Shown here: positions 1 through 10,469 of the stretch, in pieces | How the letters are laid out: each line of letters begins with the position of its first letter | Position numbering within the stretch: the first letter of the stretch is position 1 | Assembly: GCA_963665325.3 (NCBI GenBank) | Contig: CAXXWS020000002.1 | Span: 736,001-800,000, forward strand | Direction: 5' to 3' | DNA: 64,000 nucleotides | Origin: Alphaproteobacteria bacterium | GTDB lineage: Bacteria; Pseudomonadota; Alphaproteobacteria; Bin95 | Translations under genes and position numbers: made by a program | The notes under the pieces: model-generated | Seen by the model: the letters and a program-made list of their open reading frames with translations, nothing else | What the model was told of the DNA's origin: nothing | The model's database searches: none

Positions 1-95
1 CGCTTCCCCCCGGCTCCTCCGGCCGGCCCGGTCCGGCTTCGTCCGTTCGCGTGGGAGTGCTACACTCCCGGCCTCAAGCGGGGAGGGCAGGAGAT

Positions 96-1133
96 ATGGA
101 CCGGATCGTTCTCGCCGGGGCTGCGCAGCCCGGCATGAAGCATCGCCAAGGGCTGTTCCGGCTGGCGGAAGGCGGCTCGGAATGGCAGCGGGTGAGCCAC
201 GGACTGCCGGAGGAGCCGGAAATCCGCGCGCTCGGCTTCGTCGGCGACAAGGCCTATGCGGGCACGCAGGCCGGACCCTATGTCAGCGAGGACGGGGGCG
301 AGAGCTGGCGTTCGCTCAACCTGCCGTCGGAGGAGCGCACCACATGGTCGGTGCTGGCGCGGCCGGGCGACCCGGACACGCTCTATGCCGGCACCACGGG
401 CACTGCGATCTACCGCAGCACCAATGGCGGCGCGCGCTGGGAACGGCTCCGCCCGTCGGTGCCGGAGGGGCATTGCGACATGGGCTTCGCGACCCGCGTC
501 ATTCGCATGACGGCGGACCCGAGCGCGCCCGACGAGATCTATGCGGGCCTGGAAGTCGGCGGCGTGCTGCGTTCGCTCGACGGCGGCGACACATGGGAAA
601 GCTGCAATGCGGACCTGTTGCGGCTCGCCGGCGAGGAGCACCTGAAGAGCGCCATCGGCTCCGACATGGAGAGCGAGGGCATGATGGACTCCCACTCGCT
701 GACCGTCAGCCCCGCGCTGCCGGGCACGGTGTTCCTGGCGACGCGCATGGGCCTCTTCCGCTCCGACGACCGGGGCGAGACCTGGCGCGAGCTCGGCATC
801 GGCAACTACTCGCCGCTCACCTACGCCCGCGACGTCACGGTCTCGCGGCACGACCCGAAGGTGCTGTTCGGCGCATTCAGCAAGGCCGCGACCAGCAATG
901 CCGGCTCGCTCTGGCGCAGCACGGACCTGGGCGAGAGCTGGGAGCGCTTCGACAAGGGCGTCGATGTGAACTCCACGCTGATGATCGTGGCCGAAAGCGC
1001 ATCGGACGCGGACCGCGTCTGGTGCGCGGCGCGCGGCGGGCGCACCTTTGGCACGGAGGACGGCGGCGGGAGCTGGGCGCAGATCGAGTTGCCGGACGAG
1101 GTGAAAGGCGTCTATGCGATGGCGGCCGCCTGA
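96..1133 (+). CDS. BNR/Asp-box repeat beta-propeller protein (Ycf48/sialidase-like fold)
   Basis: Repeated SxDxGxxW Asp boxes (SEDGGESW, STNGGARW, SLDGGDTW, SDDRGETW, STDLGESW, TEDGGGSW); ATG at 96 follows a GGAG RBS. Confidence 0.8.
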   Translation: MDRIVLAGAAQPGMKHRQGLFRLAEGGSEWQRVSHGLPEEPEIRALGFVGDKAYAGTQAGPYVSEDGGESWRSLNLPSEERTTWSVLARPGDPDTLYAGTTGTAIYRSTNGGARWERLRPSVPEGHCDMGFATRVIRMTADPSAPDEIYAGLEVGGVLRSLDGGDTWESCNADLLRLAGEEHLKSAIGSDMESEGMMDSHSLTVSPALPGTVFLATRMGLFRSDDRGETWRELGIGNYSPLTYARDVTVSRHDPKVLFGAFSKAATSNAGSLWRSTDLGESWERFDKGVDVNSTLMIVAESASDADRVWCAARGGRTFGTEDGGGSWAQIELPDEVKGVYAMAAA

Positions 1134-1150
1134 CGGCTGAGCCTGCGCCT

Positions 1151-2143
1151 GTGACGGAAACCGGAGGTACGCAGGCGCTCACCGCCGCGCTGAGGCGCAT
1201 GGGACTCGCCGAACCGGAGGAGCGGCCCTGCTTCGAGCCGCTTGAGGGCGGGGTTTCCTCCGACATCTACCGGGTGGAGACGGCCGCCGGGCCGCTTTGC
1301 GTCAAGCGTGCGCTGGCCCGGCTCAAGGTCGAGGCGGACTGGCGCGCGCCGGTGGAGCGTAACGGCTCAGAGGCGGGCTGGCTCGCAGCCGTGAACGCGC
1401 TGCTGCCCGACGCCGCGCCGCGCCTGTTGGGGCAGGACGAAGAGGCGGGGGCGCTCGCCATGGCGTGGCTGGAGCCCGAAACGCACCCGGTCTGGAAGGC
1501 GGAGCTTGCCGCCGGCCGCGCCGACCCGGCCTTCGCGCGGGAGGTGGGCCGCCGGCTCGCTGTCATCCACCGCGCCCATGAAAGCGATAAAGCGACGGCC
1601 GCCGCCTTCGCCACGGACGCGATCTTCCACGCCATCCGCCTGGAGCCCTACCTGCTGGCGACGGCGGAGCGGCACAAGGACCTTGCGCCCGAGCTGACCG
1701 GGCTCGCCGAGACGACGGCGGCGCGGCGCGAGACGCTGGTCCACGGCGATGTCAGCCCGAAAAATATACTGGTCGGTCGGGCAGGACCGGTCTTCCTCGA
1801 CGCCGAATGCGCCTGGTACGGAGACCCCGCCTTCGATATCGCCTTCTGCCTGAACCACATGCTGCTGAAGAGCGTCTGGAAGCCGTACCACGAACCGGCT
1901 TACCTCGCCTGCTTCCGCGCGCTGGTGGCGGGCTACGGGCCGGACGCGGCGCTGGAGGAGCGCACGGCGCGGCTGCTGCCGGGCCTGTTGCTGGCGCGCA
2001 TCGACGGCAAGTCGCCGGTCGAATATCTCACGCGCGAGGACGAGAAAGCTCGCCCCCGCGCCTTCGCCCGCCGCCTGCTGCAGCGCCCGCCGGCAAGCCT
2101 CGGCGAGATCGCGGCGGCCTGGACTGAGGAGCGTCCGGCATGA
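1151..2143 (+). CDS. Aminoglycoside-phosphotransferase/methylthioribose-kinase-like small-molecule kinase
   Basis: 3' half of ORF 182..2143: LEGGVSSDI loop, CVKRAL, HGDVSPKNIL Brenner motif, LDAE, GDPAFD. GTG start at 1151 is inferred. Confidence 0.8.
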   Translation: MTETGGTQALTAALRRMGLAEPEERPCFEPLEGGVSSDIYRVETAAGPLCVKRALARLKVEADWRAPVERNGSEAGWLAAVNALLPDAAPRLLGQDEEAGALAMAWLEPETHPVWKAELAAGRADPAFAREVGRRLAVIHRAHESDKATAAAFATDAIFHAIRLEPYLLATAERHKDLAPELTGLAETTAARRETLVHGDVSPKNILVGRAGPVFLDAECAWYGDPAFDIAFCLNHMLLKSVWKPYHEPAYLACFRALVAGYGPDAALEERTARLLPGLLLARIDGKSPVEYLTREDEKARPRAFARRLLQRPPASLGEIAAAWTEERPA

Positions 2144-2396
2144 CCGGGCGTCGGAATATCCTTTTCGTCACGTCCGACCACGGCGACTCGCTCAGCGAGC
2201 GCGGGCTGTTCTTCAAGATTTCGTTCTTCCAGTGGTCTGTCCGGGTGCTCGCTCATCCCGCTGGCGGCGGGGCGTGAGTCACGCCGGCCGGACACCGTGC
2301 TCGCGGAATACACCGCCGAGGGCGTGACCGCGCCGTTGCTGACGGTCCGCAAGGGGCCGCATAGGGTGATACCACAGCCGCATACGGCGCAGGTTA
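2140..2396 (+). pseudogene. betC: Collapsed choline-sulfatase (BetC-like) remnant with large internal deletions and a frameshift
   Basis: ATG overlaps the upstream stop (ATGA). Reads MTGRRNILFVT-SDHGDSLSERGLFFKISFFQWSVRV, then after a +1 shift LI...DTVLAEYTAEGVTAPLLTVRKGPHRVI: three non-adjacent sulfatase segments. End coordinate approximate. Confidence 0.65.
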
Positions 2397-3236
2397 GCCT
2401 GCCGGGGGCGACCAGCCGTAGACCCGCTGGAGGGTTCCGCCCATCAGTTCCGCGCGATCGCTCTCCGTCAGCCTGTCCGTCCGGCGGAACGGCTCAACTC
2501 CCTGCTCGTAGTCGAGGAGGTTGACGGCGCGGGTCCAGTCGGTGCCCCAGAGGCATCGGTCGATGCCGAAGCGCTCGAAGATGCGGCAGAGCGGGTCCCA
2601 GATGTCGTCATAGGGATAGGGCCGGTGCGAGAGCGTGCAGGCGCCCGTGATCTTGACGACGACATTCTCGCACTCCGCCAGCGCCAGCAGGGCCGGCAGG
2701 TCGGCGAAGGGCTCCGGCGGCGCGGGCGGCTCGAAAGGCTGCCTCAGGCCGAGATGGTCGATGACGATCCGGGTCCCGGGATGGGCCCGCGCCAGTTCCA
2801 GCGCCCGGTCGAGCAGGCCCCAGCAGAGCAGGTTGACCGGAAGCCCGTTCGCGGCCGCCGCGCGCAGGATACGGGAAACGCCGGCATGGTCCGGGTCGGT
2901 CGACACCCCGTAGGACAGCATGATCCGCACGGCGACCGCGCCCTCCACCCTTGCCCAGTCGGCGACCGTCTCCGCGACGCCGGGGTCGGAGGGATCGACC
3001 GGCTTGACCAGGCAGAAGCGGTCTGGATGGGCGGCATAGGTCTGGAGCGCATAGCTCGCATCGTAGCGGTACATGCTGTAGGGCGAGACGAGCACGGCCC
3101 CATCCACCCCGACCGCATCCATCGCGGCCACCATGTCGCCACCCGTGACCTCCGGCGGACCCGCCAGCGTTCCTGCCCAGGGCCGTCCGGGATGGTCGCG
3201 TTCATAGGCATGCACTTGGGCGTCGATGATCGACAT
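2394..3236 (-). CDS. Amidohydrolase family protein (Amidohydro_2, lactonase-like)
   Basis: IIDAQVH N-terminus, IVIDHLG, VVVKITG, CLWGTDW. Confidence 0.85.
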   Translation of the reverse strand: MSIIDAQVHAYERDHPGRPWAGTLAGPPEVTGGDMVAAMDAVGVDGAVLVSPYSMYRYDASYALQTYAAHPDRFCLVKPVDPSDPGVAETVADWARVEGAVAVRIMLSYGVSTDPDHAGVSRILRAAAANGLPVNLLCWGLLDRALELARAHPGTRIVIDHLGLRQPFEPPAPPEPFADLPALLALAECENVVVKITGACTLSHRPYPYDDIWDPLCRIFERFGIDRCLWGTDWTRAVNLLDYEQGVEPFRRTDRLTESDRAELMGGTLQRVYGWSPPAG

Positions 3237-3275
3237 GGATTGCGTCTCCCTTTACGGCAACGGGTTGGAGGCGCC

Positions 3276-4412
3276 TCAGGCGGCCAGCTCCAGGATTTCC
3301 ACGACCTCTGCCGGGCTCTCTATGGGGCGCGGGTTGCGGGGCACCCAGGGCGTGCCCATCGCCTGCTCCGCGATCCTCTGGAAATGTTCGCGCCCGACGC
3401 CGGCCGCGGAGAGGCTGCGCGGCATGCCGAGGCCGGCGATGAAGCGGTCGAGCAGGTCGCCCGCATCCGCGTCCGGCTGGCCCATCGCCATCGCCACCAG
3501 CTTCTGGCGTTCCGCATTGGCCGAGCGGTTCCAGCGCATCACGAAGGGCAGCATGATGCAGGAGGTATGGCCGTGCGGCGTGTCGAACACCGCGCCCAGC
3601 ACATAGCCGATGCCGTGGCTGGCCCCCATCGGCACGCCCGCCGCAAGCGGCGCCATGGACAGCCAGGAGCCCACCTGGCAATCGAGCCTCGCCTCGATGT
3701 CGGTGGGGTCCGCCTTCACCCGCGCAAGCCCTTGCGTCAGCAGCGTCAGCCCCCTCAGCGCTTGCGCGTCGCCATAGGCATGGGCTTCGCCGGAGCAGAC
3801 ACCCTCGACGCAATGATCCACCGCGCGCACACCGGTCGAGAGGAACAGCCATTCCGGCGTATGCGCCGTCGGCGCCGGATCGAGGATGACCGCGCTCGGA
3901 ATGGCGTCCGGATGGCGGAACAGCTCCTTCAGCTTCACGCGCTCATCCGTCACACCGGCAATGGCGCTGAACTCGCCGGCCGACAGCGTGGTCGGGATGG
4001 AGACCTGCGGGATCGAGGGCCCTGCCGGCGGGTCGCGCAACGCGTCCATCTCCTCGGCTGTGCGGATATCGTTGGCGAGGCACATCCGCACCGCCTTGGC
4101 GCCGTCGGTCAGCGAGCCGCCGCCGAAGGTGACGATGAGGTCAGCGTCGGCGGCCCGGGCGGCCTCCGTTGCAGCGATCACGTCCCCGCGCGGCGTGTGC
4201 GGCGCCATGCGGTCGAACTGGCCGGCGACCTTGTTGCCGAGCGCACGGCGCAGCTTTTCGATCTCGCCGGTCTTGCGGCCGAGCGTGCCGCTAACCATGA
4301 GGAAGATGCGCTCAGCCCCGAGTCGCTCCGCCTCCTCCGCGACGGCCTGTTCCAGCGGCACGCCGAAGCTCACCGCCTCCATCCGCCCGAACGCTACCCG
4401 ACCCGATTTCAT
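3276..4412 (-). CDS. Iron-containing alcohol dehydrogenase (maleylacetate-reductase-like)
   Basis: GGGSLTD, IPTTLSAGE, DHCVE, SHGIG and PHGH metal ligands. Confidence 0.85.
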   Translation of the reverse strand: MKSGRVAFGRMEAVSFGVPLEQAVAEEAERLGAERIFLMVSGTLGRKTGEIEKLRRALGNKVAGQFDRMAPHTPRGDVIAATEAARAADADLIVTFGGGSLTDGAKAVRMCLANDIRTAEEMDALRDPPAGPSIPQVSIPTTLSAGEFSAIAGVTDERVKLKELFRHPDAIPSAVILDPAPTAHTPEWLFLSTGVRAVDHCVEGVCSGEAHAYGDAQALRGLTLLTQGLARVKADPTDIEARLDCQVGSWLSMAPLAAGVPMGASHGIGYVLGAVFDTPHGHTSCIMLPFVMRWNRSANAERQKLVAMAMGQPDADAGDLLDRFIAGLGMPRSLSAAGVGREHFQRIAEQAMGTPWVPRNPRPIESPAEVVEILELAA

Positions 4413-4484
4413 CGCCCGCTCTCCCCGTTTCCTTGCCCGCTTGCAATGTTGCCAGGATTGAGCATATGGCGACCCGTTCCGCCG

Positions 4485-5045
4485 TCAATCGCGCGTCCGG
4501 TCCCGCGGATGCCTGGCAGCCGGGTCGGCACTCATGGACAGGAGGCCCCATCCGGCAAGCGCAAGGGCAATACCGGAAGCCACGGCCCGAACGGTGTTCC
4601 AAACCTGCCACGGGGCGGAGTAATTCCCCCACGCCTCCTGCGCCTGAGCGGTCTCCAGCGGCGTCCCGGCCGAGGCCAGAACCTCGTTCAGGGGGACATT
4701 GACCGCGATCGTCGGGACTAAGGCGCCCAGAACATACAAGAGGCAGGCCAGGGCGAAGAAAATTGCAACGCGCCGTTCCTGGACCTTCAAGGCTGCCAAC
4801 GCGGTCGCCATCGACAGGACGGGGGTACCGAAAAAGGCCGGCGCAAACACCCAGTTGCGCACGCTCGCATTCATGGCCTGCATAGCGGCTATCGCGATTT
4901 CGGGGTCCGCCGCGTCCAAACCCCACATGGTCGAGCAGACCCATGCGAAGAAGAAACCGAACATGGCACCGGAAAACAGTAGAGACAGGATAGCGAGAGG
5001 CTTCAGCACGGGCGCTCCGGATGCAAGACCGCTTGCAGGGCGCAT
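4485..5045 (-). CDS. DUF1772/anthrone-oxygenase family membrane protein
   Basis: Four hydrophobic helices, AMQAMNASVRN, NVPLNEVLA, W..WN.VR; start uncertain (5045 or 5102). Confidence 0.75.
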   Translation of the reverse strand: MRPASGLASGAPVLKPLAILSLLFSGAMFGFFFAWVCSTMWGLDAADPEIAIAAMQAMNASVRNWVFAPAFFGTPVLSMATALAALKVQERRVAIFFALACLLYVLGALVPTIAVNVPLNEVLASAGTPLETAQAQEAWGNYSAPWQVWNTVRAVASGIALALAGWGLLSMSADPAARHPRDRTRD

Positions 5046-5309
5046 TGCGGCAGCGGATTGCCGATTGCGATGAGCACCATGCGGCAAGTCTTCCATCGTC
5101 ATTGGACCAACGTCGTAATCATCCTGTGGTCCCGCCGCCGCGACAATAGTCAGAGCTGGAGCCGGGCAACGAGCTGCCACAAACTCCCGTGGCTCCCAGG
5201 CGTCCGCCCGCGTTCTCACGATCCCCGGGGAATGCGCTCCGCACCCTTTCCATCCCGATGCTACTGCGCTCTACTGTCGAGCTATACCCGGCAGGAAGGG
5301 CGGTATGCC

Positions 5310-5762
5310 ATGACCGCATACAGATTCGACGACCGCGCCATCGAGTGGGCGCCGTTCAACGGTTTCGAGGGCCTCTACTACGCCATACAGAGCGTGGACC
5401 GGGAGCTGAACCGGGTCGATATGCTGATGAAGTTCGACCCGGACACCAACTGCGTGCCGCACACCCATGTCGGCGTCACCAAGACGCTGGTGCTGGAGGG
5501 CGAACACCGCATCTACAAGCCTGGGCCCGACGGCGCGCTCGGGGCACCCGACATCCGCCCGGCGGGCACCTTCTCGGAGAACCGGGGCGACGAGACCCAT
5601 GTCGAGGGCGGCGGGCCGGAGGGCGCGATCATCCTGCTCTCGATGCAGGCAGTGGACGGGGACGTTTACGACATCCTCTGCGAGGACCTGTCGGTCGACC
5701 GCAAGATCACGTTGGACAATTTTACCCGGGGCCTGGAGCGCCAGCGCGCAAGAGCCGCGTGA
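5310..5762 (+). CDS. Cupin-domain protein (ChrR-like cupin)
   Basis: PHTHVG...VLEGEH...DETHVEGGG cupin motifs; ATG 5310 preceded by a purine-rich RBS. Confidence 0.7.
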   Translation: MTAYRFDDRAIEWAPFNGFEGLYYAIQSVDRELNRVDMLMKFDPDTNCVPHTHVGVTKTLVLEGEHRIYKPGPDGALGAPDIRPAGTFSENRGDETHVEGGGPEGAIILLSMQAVDGDVYDILCEDLSVDRKITLDNFTRGLERQRARAA

Positions 5763-5834
5763 GGGCGTGGCTTTGAACCGGTTCCCTGAGGAAGAGCACG
5801 CTACCTATCCCGCTTTCGAGTGAGGCCCACCGAT

Positions 5835-6485
5835 ATGCTTTGCTTTGCCGAAGAGATCATGCTGCTCCTGCTGGACGACCGCGACGGCAGCTTCCTGCCC
5901 GTCCCGAGTTCGTCGATCAGGAGCGCATTGGCCGGCGCGGTGTTGATGGACCTGGCGCTGGCAAACCGGATCGACACCGATCTGCACTCGCTCATCCTCG
6001 TTGACGACAAGCCGACGGGCGACGCATTGCTCGACCCCACACTTGCGCGTATCGCCGAGTCCGAGCAGGCCCACGACGCTCACCACTGGGTGCAGAGGAC
6101 GTCCGACCATGCCGACGAAATCCGCCAGTCCGCACTGGACCGGCTCGTCGAGAGGGGAATCCTGAATCGCGAGGAAGACCGGTTCCTCTGGGTCTTCCGG
6201 TCGCGGCGTTACCCGACCGTGGACGGAACGGCGGAGCGGGAAGTCAAGCTGAGGATCATGGGCGTTCTGCTGTCGGACGAGATACCCGATCCCCGAGACA
6301 TCGCCATCATCGGCCTGAGCGACGCCTGCGGTCTGTTCGACCACATGCTGGCCACGCCCGAACTGGCCCAGGCACGCGGCCGCATCGACCAGGTGCGGAA
6401 ATTCGACCTGATCGGGCAGTCTGTGGCGAACGTGGTCGAGCAGATCGACGAACTGAACAGGTTGCGCGCCCGCTCCGACTTGTAG
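5835..6485 (+). CDS. GOLPH3/VPS74 (GPP34) family protein
   Basis: AEEIMLLLLDD, LAGAVLMDLALANRI, PTGDALLD, LVERGIL...FLWVF..RRYP. Confidence 0.8.
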   Translation: MLCFAEEIMLLLLDDRDGSFLPVPSSSIRSALAGAVLMDLALANRIDTDLHSLILVDDKPTGDALLDPTLARIAESEQAHDAHHWVQRTSDHADEIRQSALDRLVERGILNREEDRFLWVFRSRRYPTVDGTAEREVKLRIMGVLLSDEIPDPRDIAIIGLSDACGLFDHMLATPELAQARGRIDQVRKFDLIGQSVANVVEQIDELNRLRARSDL

Positions 6486-6513
6486 CGGCGATCCCTGAGG
6501 CCGATGGCCGGTC

Positions 6514-6930
6514 CTACCCTCCCGGCATGCCCTTGTCCTTGGGGAGCTCCGGGTGCATCGGGTTCCAGGGCTGCGCGCTGCCGACGAAAATGTCGCGGCT
6601 CGGCCGGTAGCCGCTCGGATCGTCGAGGCTGCCTGCGTAAAGCACCCGCACCGAGTCGGTCGCCCCGTTGATCAGGAATACGGGAGAGCCGCATTCGGAG
6701 CAGAAGCCCCGCCGCATGGGGTGGCCCCTGTCCGCGGGCCTTTCGAACCAGGCCGGCTCGCCGCTGAGCAGCCTGAATTCCCTCTCCCGGACCGCCATGG
6801 CCGGGAAATAGGCGCTGCCGGTCGCCTGCTGGCAATCCCGGCAATGGCAGTTGCCCATATAGACGGGCGCGCCCGTTACCTCATAGCGAATGGCGCCGCA
6901 TGCGCAGCCGCCGCCGAACGGGACTTCCAT
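6514..6930 (-). CDS. GFA/CENP-V family Zn-binding protein
   Basis: [25 protein letters not shown]. Confidence 0.9.
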   Translation of the reverse strand: MEVPFGGGCACGAIRYEVTGAPVYMGNCHCRDCQQATGSAYFPAMAVREREFRLLSGEPAWFERPADRGHPMRRGFCSECGSPVFLINGATDSVRVLYAGSLDDPSGYRPSRDIFVGSAQPWNPMHPELPKDKGMPGG

Positions 6931-7028
6931 GGCCGTTCTCCCTCTTACATCTCCCTCGGAGTATAGCCGCTCGCCGACCGGCGCACCGGTGCGTTGCAGC
7001 GAAGCGGCCGGCGGGGTATGAGCGCGCC

Positions 7029-8711
7029 ATGGCTTCCTACCAGTATGTCTATGTCATGCACGGCCTCGCCAAGGCTTATCCCGGCGGGCGCAAGGTGCTG
7101 GACAATATCCGCCTCGCCTTCTTGCCCGGCGCCAAGATCGGCGTGCTCGGGCCGAACGGGGCCGGCAAGTCGACGCTCATGCGCATCATGGCCGGCATCG
7201 AGACCGAGTTCGACGGCGAGGCATGGGCCGCCGACGGCGTGCGCGTCGGCTACCTGCCGCAGGAGCCGGAGCTCGATCCGGGGCGGGACGTGATGGGCAA
7301 TGTCATGCAGGGGGTGGCGGAAACGGCGCGGCTTCTGGAACGCTTCAACGAGGTGAGCCTGCGCTTCGCCGAGGACCTGAGCCCCGAGGAGATGGACGCG
7401 CTGATCGAGGAACAGGGCGAGCTCCAGGAGCGGATCGACGCGGCGAACGGCTGGGAGCTGGAACGCACCGTCGAGATCGCCATGGACGCGCTGCGCTGCC
7501 CGCCCGGCGATTCGGACACGGCCACGCTTTCCGGTGGCGAGCGGCGGCGGGTTGCGCTCTGCCGCCTTCTTCTTTCCAGACCGGACCTGCTGCTGCTCGA
7601 CGAGCCGACCAATCATCTCGACGCGGAAAGCGTGGCCTGGCTCGAGCGCTTCCTGGAGCAATATGAAGGCACGGTGGTGGCCGTCACCCACGACCGCTAC
7701 TTCCTCGACAATGTCGCCGGCTGGATCCTGGAGCTCGACCGGGGGCGGGGCGTGCCGTTCGAGGGCAATTATTCCTCCTGGCTGGAGCAGAAGGAGCGCC
7801 GCCTCGCACGGGAGGAGAAGCAGGAAAGCGCCCGACAGAAAGTGCTGCAGCGCGAACTGGAATGGGTCCGCCAGAGCCCGCGCGCTCGGCAGGCCAAGAG
7901 CCGGGCCAGGCTTCGGGCCTATGACGAGCTGCTGGCCGAAGGCGCGCGCCGGGCGCTCGACACGGCGGAGATCGTCATTCCGCCCGGGCCGAGGCTCGGC
8001 GATATCGTGATCGAGGCGAAGGGCGTGGCCAAAGGCTTCGAGGACCGGCTGCTGATGGAGGGGGTCTCATTCCGCCTGCCGCCGGCGGGCATTGTCGGCG
8101 TGATCGGGCCGAATGGCGCCGGCAAGACCACCCTCTTCCGGATGCTGACCGGCGAGGAGACGCCGGACAACGGCGTTCTGCGCGTCGGCGAGACGGTCGA
8201 GATCGGCGCAGTGGACCAGAGCCGCGACGCACTGGCCGCCGACAAGACCGTCTGGGAGGAGATTTCAGGCGGGCTCGACATGATTGCGCTCGGAGCGCAC
8301 GAGGTGGCGAGTCGGGCCTATGTCTCGACCTTCAACTTCAAGGGTCCGGACCAGCAGAAGAAGGTCGGCTCCCTCTCGGGCGGCGAGCGCAACCGGGTCC
8401 ACCTCGCCAAGATGCTCAAGTCCGGCGCCAACCTGCTCCTGCTGGACGAGCCGACCAACGACCTTGACGTCGAGACGCTGCGCTCGCTGGAGGAGGCCCT
8501 GCTGGCTTTCGCCGGCTCCGCGCTGGTCATCAGCCACGACCGCTGGTTCCTTGACCGGATCGCGACACACATCCTCGCCTTCGAGGGCGACAGCCATGTC
8601 GAGTGGTTCGAGGGCAATTACGCCGACTACGAGGCCGACCGCCGCCGCCGCCTCGGCGCCGAGGCCGACCGCCCCCACCGCATTCGCTACAAGCCGCTGA
8701 CGCGCCAGTAG
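7029..8711 (+). CDS. ettA: Energy-dependent translational throttle protein EttA (ABC-F)
   Basis: YQYVYVM start, two ABC domains ([14 protein letters not shown]), [17 protein letters not shown] linker, RIRYKPL C-terminus. Confidence 0.95.
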   Translation: MASYQYVYVMHGLAKAYPGGRKVLDNIRLAFLPGAKIGVLGPNGAGKSTLMRIMAGIETEFDGEAWAADGVRVGYLPQEPELDPGRDVMGNVMQGVAETARLLERFNEVSLRFAEDLSPEEMDALIEEQGELQERIDAANGWELERTVEIAMDALRCPPGDSDTATLSGGERRRVALCRLLLSRPDLLLLDEPTNHLDAESVAWLERFLEQYEGTVVAVTHDRYFLDNVAGWILELDRGRGVPFEGNYSSWLEQKERRLAREEKQESARQKVLQRELEWVRQSPRARQAKSRARLRAYDELLAEGARRALDTAEIVIPPGPRLGDIVIEAKGVAKGFEDRLLMEGVSFRLPPAGIVGVIGPNGAGKTTLFRMLTGEETPDNGVLRVGETVEIGAVDQSRDALAADKTVWEEISGGLDMIALGAHEVASRAYVSTFNFKGPDQQKKVGSLSGGERNRVHLAKMLKSGANLLLLDEPTNDLDVETLRSLEEALLAFAGSALVISHDRWFLDRIATHILAFEGDSHVEWFEGNYADYEADRRRRLGAEADRPHRIRYKPLTRQ

Positions 8712-8718
8712 CGCGGTC

Positions 8719-10365
8719 CTACAGCCCCACATCCTCCGGGAAGTATTTCATCGCGCAGCGGAGCGGGTTGGGCGCGGCCTGGCCGAGCCCGCAAATGGAG
8801 GCGTCGGCCATGACGGAGGCCAGGTCTTCCAGCACGTCGCGGTCCCACGTGGGCTCGGCCATCAGGAGGGCGGCCTTTTCCGTGCCGACCCGGCAGGGCG
8901 TGCATTGCCCGCAGCTTTCATAGGCGAAGAAGCGCATCAGGTTGAGCGCGGCTGCACCGATATCGTCGCCATCTGCCAGCACGACCACCGCGCCTGAGCC
9001 CGTGAAGCAGCCATGCGGCTCCAGCTTGCCGAAATCGAGCGGGATGTCGGCGAGGCCGGCCGGCAGGATGCCGCCCGAGGCGCCGCCCGGCAGATAGGCT
9101 TTGAACTCGCAGCCCTCCGCCATGCCGCCGGAGAACTCCTCGATCAGCTCGCGCGCGGTGACGCCGGCGGGCACGATCTTCACGCCTGGCTGCTTCACCC
9201 GGCCGGAGACGGAATAGGCCCGCCAGCCCTTGCCGCCATGCCGCCCGGTTTCCGCAAACCATGCCGCGCCCCGCTCCAGGATCGCCGGCATCCAGTAGAG
9301 CGTCTCGACATTGTGGACGAGCGTCGGCCGGCCGTGGAGGCCCACTTGGGCCACATAGGGCGGGCGGTGGCGCGGCAGGCCCCGCTTGCCCTCGATGCTC
9401 TCGATCATCGCCGACTCTTCGCCGCAGATATAGGCGCCCGCGCCCCGGCGCAGATGTACGCCGCCGGGCGGTGCGAGGTCTCCCAGCCGGGCGATCTCGG
9501 CCGCCATGATTTCCCGCGCATCGGGATATTCATCGCGGAGATAGATCGTGATCGTATCCGCCTCGACCGCCCAGGCGGCGATCAGCGCGCCCTCCAGCAC
9601 GGCGCCGGGCGCGGTCTCCAGGAAATGGCGGTCCTTGAAGGTACCGGGCTCGCCCTCATCGGCATTGACGGTCAGGTGACGCGGTTTCGGCCCGGCGCGT
9701 ACGAAACCCCATTTGCGCGCGCTCGGGAAGCCCGCGCCGCCCATGCCGCGCAGCCCCGATTCCCCGATCTCGCGTGCCACCTCCTCGCGGGTACGCCCGC
9801 CTTCGAGGCAGACGCGATACTGTTCATACCGCCACTCAGGCACCGCCGGAACGGCGTGCTCCGCTTCGTCCGAAACGGCCGCGCGTACGCTTTCGGTCGT
9901 CGCCTCGTCCACATGCCGGTGCCCGGCCTCGACGACCGGCGCGCAGTCGCAGCGGCCCATGCAGGGGGCGGTGACGACCCGCGCGTCCGGGAAAGCGGAT
10001 CGAAGGGCTTCCAGCAGCGCCGGCGCGCCGGCCAGCTCGCAGGAAAGGCTGTCGCAGACGCGCAGGGTGAGCGCCGGCGGCGGCGCCTCGCCCTCCTTCA
10101 CGGTGTCCAGATGCGCGTAGAAGGTCGCGACCTCCCAGACCTCCGCCATGGCAAGGCGCATTTCCTCCGCCAGCGCCGCCAGATGGCGCGCGGAGAGATG
10201 CCCGAAGCGCCCCTGGAGGCTGTGCAGATATTCGATCAGGAACTCGCGCCCGCGCGGCGCATCGCCCAGCACAGCCTGCACTTCCGCCAGCGCCTCCGGC
10301 TCGACCTGCCGGCCTTTGGGCTGCGTGCGCCCCCGACGGCGCTGCTTGACCGCTTCTTCCGGCAC
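8719..10365 (-). CDS. NuoE-NuoF-like fused NAD(P)H oxidoreductase (NAD-dependent formate dehydrogenase beta-subunit type)
   Basis: VCDSLSC/CMGRCD 2Fe-2S ligands, LRGMGGAGFP, NADEGEPGTFKDR, GAGAYICGEE, ESCGQCTPCR..SICGLG 4Fe-4S ligands. Confidence 0.85.
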   Translation of the reverse strand: MPEEAVKQRRRGRTQPKGRQVEPEALAEVQAVLGDAPRGREFLIEYLHSLQGRFGHLSARHLAALAEEMRLAMAEVWEVATFYAHLDTVKEGEAPPPALTLRVCDSLSCELAGAPALLEALRSAFPDARVVTAPCMGRCDCAPVVEAGHRHVDEATTESVRAAVSDEAEHAVPAVPEWRYEQYRVCLEGGRTREEVAREIGESGLRGMGGAGFPSARKWGFVRAGPKPRHLTVNADEGEPGTFKDRHFLETAPGAVLEGALIAAWAVEADTITIYLRDEYPDAREIMAAEIARLGDLAPPGGVHLRRGAGAYICGEESAMIESIEGKRGLPRHRPPYVAQVGLHGRPTLVHNVETLYWMPAILERGAAWFAETGRHGGKGWRAYSVSGRVKQPGVKIVPAGVTARELIEEFSGGMAEGCEFKAYLPGGASGGILPAGLADIPLDFGKLEPHGCFTGSGAVVVLADGDDIGAAALNLMRFFAYESCGQCTPCRVGTEKAALLMAEPTWDRDVLEDLASVMADASICGLGQAAPNPLRCAMKYFPEDVGL

Positions 10366-10463
10366 GTCCCCGCATCCTTCCCGCCGACCCGCTCATCCCG
10401 ATATACAGGCCGCAGGACGCCATGCCCATAGCGTGCCCACGTCCCGAGCCGGGGCGGCGCGCA

Positions 10464-10469
10464 TTGACA
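10464..10469 (+). promoter_or_regulatory. Perfect -35 hexamer upstream of the DEAD-box helicase, followed by a long 5' leader
   Basis: TTGACA at 10464-10469, about 185 bp before the GTG; the -10 is ambiguous. Confidence 0.4.

Noticed and set aside
182-1150. N-terminal extension making a 653-aa kinase fusion
   Set aside because: Overlaps the beta-propeller gene in another frame; Arg/Gly-rich non-coding character
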